This document shows, one piece after another, positions 36,441-42,148 of a stretch of DNA of 42,148 nucleotides. This DNA is from Dimargaris cristalligena (taxonomy: Eukaryota), in the NCBI GenBank assembly GCA_003614675.1, contig ML002320.1, forward strand, positions 1-42,148, in the 5' to 3' direction. Position numbers and translations under genes: made by a program. The notes below the pieces were generated by a model. The model saw only the letters and a program-made list of their open reading frames with translations, made no database searches and was not told where the DNA came from. Every line of letters starts with the position of its first letter. The stretch's first letter is position 1.

Positions 36441-37735
36441 GGTGGCTAACTAGTTATATGTATCACTATAGATGTTCGCGGCTGATAGTCCAAAAGTATG
36501 GGGCCGAGATAAAGAACAAAAAATATATATCCGTGCTAGGCTCGCTTTTTAAACAAGGGGCCTGAGTAATGCCGATTCAAAAAAAAAGCAACTAGAGTGG
36601 GGATTGGATGTAGCGGTTGTTTTGAGGGAATTTTACGCTGTTAAACTACGGTGTTGGTAGAATTGGGCTAAAGACCACTTAGCTATGGGGGTTTTTTTTA
36701 ATAGTTAAACGAACTAGGTGATTTGAGGGATATAAGTATTTAAAATACTAAATCTGGTATGGGTGAGGCTCAAGAAAATAGTAATAGGTAAGGGGGGCTG
36801 CTGATGTGCAATAACTGGCAACTTGTTGGTCCGACCGGCAGGTATATATATCCGGGCCAATTTCTGAGGTACTGTAGGGATTTTGAGTGCGCTTTGCGAT
36901 CCTCGATCATGGCCTAGTGTGGGGGGGGGGTTATATAAGAGGAAAAAGAATATCAAACGGGCGATCGGGTTCCATACACCCGATATACTCCCCCTACGGT
37001 GGGATGAAATAGGCAAGTGTTCGCTAATGTGCAAGCGATAGCCCCCTCTGGATTTCATGAAGTAGTCTGTAAAAAAAAGAAGACCGTGGAAAATGGGGTG
37101 AGGTTCGCATCTATAGTATCCCAAGGGGAGACCTTGGGTGGTTTACTTTACCCGTTACCAACGCATACCAAAAATATAGTCCCGCATATGCTTTCGCCGA
37201 CTGGGTCACTAAAAATGAAAGATGGTAAAGCCCATATCTAATAATGTATTTAATTTTTCTGGCCGACATGGTGTTTGCCAGCTGTTACTCAAAATTAGAG
37301 CTAAAGCAGTCGGATGGGGGACCCTATGTAATAGGCATGGGGGAGATTCAGTGTAGCTGTAAAAGACTTCAGGTAGCGGGTGTTCTTTGAAATACTGTTA
37401 TTTTTACTAAGAGTGAAGTCAAAAATATGTCACGGTGGAATATTATTTTTATTAGCAAGGAGCTAATAAATGAATACAGTCTGGTGAAAGCTGTAGAAAA
37501 ACGTACTTTGTAAATAGTAGTGCTGGGTAGTTCTGGTTCCATTTCAGGATGGTGTCTAAGTTTGGTGTGTTGGTTCCCCGGTCTAAACCTGCGGGAGTAC
37601 TCACTAATCCGGAAAAGGCGGAATTGGGGGGTACTGGATCTTACAATAAACAGCAAATATATTGCGGGGATTTATGTAATACTACGCCAAGTAATATTTC
37701 TCTAAAGCGACAAAAATAATGAAATGAGAGAAGTT

Positions 37736-39793
37736 TTATTTGAGTAAAACTGGCGGTGAGAACCTTCTTGTCTCCCCAATTGACGTCTTTCCCCTCGTTG
37801 TAGGACTCTGCCATGGATTCATTAAAGGTAAAACATAGGCTGTATAATTATTGATAGTGAAATAAACGTTGTTGACGAAACATTCGGCGGTATCAGAATA
37901 TTCCCTATTGTGATTTCCAGTCAAAAAGTCAATGAATTCCACGCATTGGGAAAAAATGAGGACAATAGGTAAATAGCTGAGTTTAACGCCTATCCAAAAC
38001 TAGCTGTGCTGGATAAAAAAACCATAAACAGCGTAATCACAAACAAAATTTGACAATACAATACCAATGGGGTAAGTTGGGGCCCAACTAATTGGACACC
38101 AGGTTCGAATAGCCCTAGAGGGTGAGTTATTGACTGACCAATATATCGACCAGGGCTTTATCCTCGAAGGCCGATTCAGGCAGCGTGAGATACTGAGGCA
38201 AAGAGGACTGAAGCGCCACGAACGACACGGATATTTTCTTATCGCCATTTGAATCAGTGCTGCGATTGAGGTACACCGATCTTCTTGCGCCGTAATTGGG
38301 GGCACAGCGTCGGGGTGTACCTGGGTTGGATTCGAGGGGCTCACCATATATTTTCGTCAGCGACAAGGCAGCCTTGTGGAATCCCAGATAGTTGGAACAT
38401 GCGATGATTTCGTCAATAGCGTAGGTCAATTCGCGTAAAGCCCTGTCCTTCAGACCATCGACTTGGAGTTCGAGCTCGAATTCCAAGGCCATTAGGCTCA
38501 CGAAATGAGACCCCCAACCCAACAGTCGTTCAGCATCTAGAATTTTGGCAATATACTGACCGAGCTTATCGAACTGCTTATATGCCACCATGGCCACAAT
38601 AAATTCCGCTACAATAGAATTGAATACGGCGAGTTTACAGATTCCTTCCACATCAAGGGCAGCGTAAGTGGGGACAATACCTCGTTCGGGGGAAAAAATA
38701 TTCCCGAATGGCACAATTCCAGGGCGCCCTCGTCGGTAAAAGTCACTATTTTTATTTGTCGAGTGATTTTCATGATGGTGTCGACGTCGTTGTTGAGGGT
38801 GAACTCTACCATTTGGAATACCATGGCAAGCTGCTTCAGGGACAGCTGGTCGAGGCGAAAATAGCGCCAGTCATCATAGATCATTTGTAGTTCTGGCAAG
38901 AGTCCAGGTAGGGCTACGATGGCATCCCGGTCGGTATGGGCAGTTTCGAGGTCGGATTGATTGGTTCCTCCAACCGGAGTGGTTCCATAGAAACCCAGCT
39001 TTTCGTAGAGATTGCGGAACATAGCATTGGTTAACTCGACGCTCATAAGTTCCTTGATGGCACCCTCATCGTCCACATTATGGTGGCTAGAGTAGTGATT
39101 GTACCTGCAGATACACAACATCATTATTTTAGACATCACATTATAGATAAATGTGGCAGTGTGCGAATATTGGTTTAGAAGTAGTTTGAAAATGGATATG
39201 ATCAATACACATAATCTTAAGGTTATCATAAGGTGGTGGGGGACGTATTTCTCAAAAAGAGTAATGGTGACCTCGTTATTGGGTGGCAGGATATACGGTA
39301 AATCATGGGTGGTCTACAATACTGGGAAAATTGCTATAATTTGACCTACTCTGAGCGAATGACCATAGTCTGGGTTTAAGAATGCCATTGCTTGGCCCCT
39401 TTTTGATGTCTGGGCAACCTGGGCCAACTCCACCTGGTTGAGATGGTCACCGATTTTCCACAATATAACCTGCGGCAGGCCAGTAGGTTTCAATTCATGG
39501 GGGATTTCTGATTGAGTTTGGCCAATAGCGTCCGGCTCCTCGGTTTGGCCAGGTAAATGACTATTACCGTCTTAGCTGTCAACTGCACCGGTCATGGCAT
39601 TTCGAAGCGACTCAGGGTCGCTGGGAAGAGCTGGGTATCCTATATTACTATATTTGGAACTCGAAAATGGTCCTGGTCCAGCCGGCTCTTGCGAAGGAGA
39701 TTCATTGGTGGGAAGGCCAGGGTAGGGGTAGGTAACGGCACAGTGGGCAACGATCATACCCACCAGGGTGACGGAGAAACACACGGACTTCAT
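37736..39793 (-). pseudogene. Decayed signal-peptide + F-box-like protein gene (candidate effector family member); 3' end approximate
   Basis: Signal peptide MKSVCFSVTLVGMIVAHCAVT. In-frame TAA at 39574-39572, then LPQVILWKIGDHLNQVELAQVAQTSKR (39478-39398), then TAG at 39316-39314. Phase-consistent intron 39248-39105 with ATACGT donor. Frameshift at about 38700 and further stops at 38129, 38117 and 38090. Confidence 0.75.
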
Positions 39794-40917
39794 GGTTAGA
39801 GTTACGGACGAATGGGTTAATATGGGCGACGTTGGATGGGTAAAATAAGAAAAGTAAAGTAGGATAGTAGTAATACTAAAATACTTTCAGGTGAAGGCAG
39901 GGTTATTTCAAGAGAAGGTCAATCGAAGGAGCACAAATTGAATGAATAATTATGGGGCGAACGGAGGCTAGTACTTATACTCAAGCCTTTGGACTGTCTC
40001 CAATAGTGAGCCAATCACGGGGGGGGTGAGTAGAAGGACTAAGCGGGCGACTAGACAAAAATAATACCACGTAAATGGGCTTCATCAAATGGTTTATCTC
40101 AGCGACGGCCATTTGAGGGTGATGCCGCAATGCCATATAATACATCTCGAGACATGGTCGCACAAGTGTCCAAATGTGTATTGCGAATTCCAGAATCGGA
40201 CGCCTCCATGAATCTGGATTAATACCCATGGGACTAGTTCCGAGCCTCTGGGTGGTGAGTATTGCCATGTCTCCCACGTACACCATATGATTGAAAAAGG
40301 TAGGTATAAGATGGGTGCAGTGATATATTTACCGCCCATTCTATCCAATTGGCTGATTAGGCTGGACAGTGTGAGGGCGAGTTTCGCGAGCCCCATTGTA
40401 GCTGCATTGGGAAATAATGCCCCTATTGGCCTTTGCAGCTCTTTCAATTAATATGACCATTCACTTATCCGTGCAACCCCTTGTATGGTCACCTGTGCCT
40501 CTGGTGAGATTATATTACAATTCAATTACCTGCACCTTTGCCTCCGGTTAATCGTCCGCTTGAGATTAAGGTGCCCTTCAATGCATAACCACCCTTTCAA
40601 GCGAAAATTACCAAAAACTGCCCAAACTCGTGAAGGATATGTAGTGTCCTTTTTAGAGCCGTGCCATAGACCGGGTTCCGCCAAGATATCTGAATACAAG
40701 GCGGGAGGTCGCCTATTAGCCCGTCGCATGATAATATTCACAGGCGCGGTAGTTTATACTACCCTATGCTCAATGATATTAATAATGCAGGCCGCAAAGT
40801 TGGGGTAAGCAGTATTACCCATTCAATTTTATAATATGTTATTAATGTAGTATAAAGGGAAAACCCCATTACTACTTACTCAACGGAGTGTAATTGGAGG
40901 GGGGGCTATATATATTA

Positions 40918-41061
40918 ATATGGGAGAAGTTCATTTAGGCTGTATAATGAAAAATCCGTTGGATGAGGCCAATATTACTGGTTAAAAGCTATTCTCACAT
41001 ATGTTCGCCCATACACGTATTATGAAAAGCCTTATACAGCTGGTTTGAATTTCATCCATAT
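40918..41061 (+). mobile_element. MITE-like dispersed repeat, copy 4 (144 bp)
   Basis: TIRs ATATGGGAGAAGTTCATTTAGGCTGTATAA / TTATACAGCTGGTTTGAATTTCATCCATAT. Confidence 0.78.
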
Positions 41062-42148
41062 TTTGTTTTAAATATGTAAGCTCCCATCTAATTCGGGATG
41101 CGGATGATAGGCTAAGCTGGATAGTAAAGATGATATGGCACCCGTTCCCGATGGTTTTTCTTCAATTAGTGACGGGGCTGGTCGGTTATTTACTTGGGTC
41201 CTCCAGTTTGCATAATCAGAACTCGTGAAACAATCAGGCACCAGAATGAATGGGTGAATAGTATCAGCTGCTGATCATATCACCTTCATCCTCCCATAGT
41301 GTGACACGAGTTCCCCTCCGCCTTTAATTGTTGGATCTATTGATATGCTAATATCACAATTGTAGTATCATTACGGCTTCCCTTCTTTGGTTGGAGCAAA
41401 AGCTCGCCGAAATAGTGGTGGTTCATTTCAAATTTTCCAAAAATAGTGGTGATATTTTCCACTTTGCCCCAAACCGTAAGTCCTGCAGTGGCCATTAGGG
41501 ATGAGGCAAGTGAGGAGTTAGAGGGTATAAATGTGACACTTGATGGATATCAATAAGAATGTCGTGAAGGCATATTAAAAATAGTGATGAACTAGTCTGG
41601 CGAAAAATTTAAAGGACGGGGGCCCACCTAGTCTGGGCGCTGAAGCCCTGATAGCTGATGGAGCGTAGCTATGAAGGACATTTAATGTGGGATTGGATTG
41701 GTTCATTTGATAATAGAATCCGGTATCTATATTGCCTCCCCTATTATTGAGAGACTATCAAATATTGCCCTTGTATCCCAAATTTCTCATAAATATCTAC
41801 CTACTATTACTTGACATGTATCTTCTGCTAATCAAATAAAGATCCCTACTTAAATCCAGGTCTAATAATAATTTTTACTGAAATTTGGATAATGGCTATT
41901 AGAGAAATTTAGGCAATATGGGTTGATACTTAAAAGTACTATTAAATTTATATAATTATTAATATGGAATCCCTAATGTGTTAAGCTCAGTCACTTAAGT
42001 GAAGTGTAGTTATTTATAAAAAGAATCTAAGGTAGGCAACCATTAGGCCATAATTTGCCATCAACAAGGAATATAATAATGGATAACTTGATTAAAACCC
42101 TCAAAAGCTACAGATATAGAGGGAAAGGACAGGAGGTAGAATAAAGAA

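Noticed and set aside
38088..39574. TAA/TAG reassigned to Gln (alternative genetic code)
   Set aside because: GST, LIS1, PDRG1 and NDC1 end at TAG/TAA where expected, and the locus also has a frameshift and a broken donor.
39981..40808. Short ORFs possibly from a decayed gene or transposon
   Set aside because: No recognisable motif, termini or splice structure.
1..42148. CRISPR array or prokaryotic operon/defence system
   Set aside because: The sequence is eukaryotic with spliceosomal introns, and no regularly spaced direct repeats were seen.

Overview
Eukaryotic (fungal) genomic DNA with GT-AG introns, CTAAC-type branch points and a standard genetic code. The gene content suggests an early-diverging fungus, possibly a Dimargaris-like zoopagomycete mycoparasite (inference only). 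Conserved genes are a sigma-like GST, tRNA-Ile(AAT), a 4-exon LIS1/NudF, a 2-exon coiled-coil+WD40 gene and NDC1. A 5-exon PDRG1 (prefoldin-like) gene on the minus strand is missed entirely by the ORF track. A spliced non-coding host gene at about 4.0-4.65 kb carries two intronic C/D snoRNAs (snR77- and snR76-like). Between these genes lie several orphan signal-peptide proteins and two decayed genes with unusual architectures: signal peptide + tandem C2H2 zinc fingers, and signal peptide + F-box-like motif. Both are candidate nuclear or ubiquitin-hijacking effectors, and their lesions are mostly C>T/G>A transitions. A 130-145 bp MITE-like family is present in four full copies and one partial copy.
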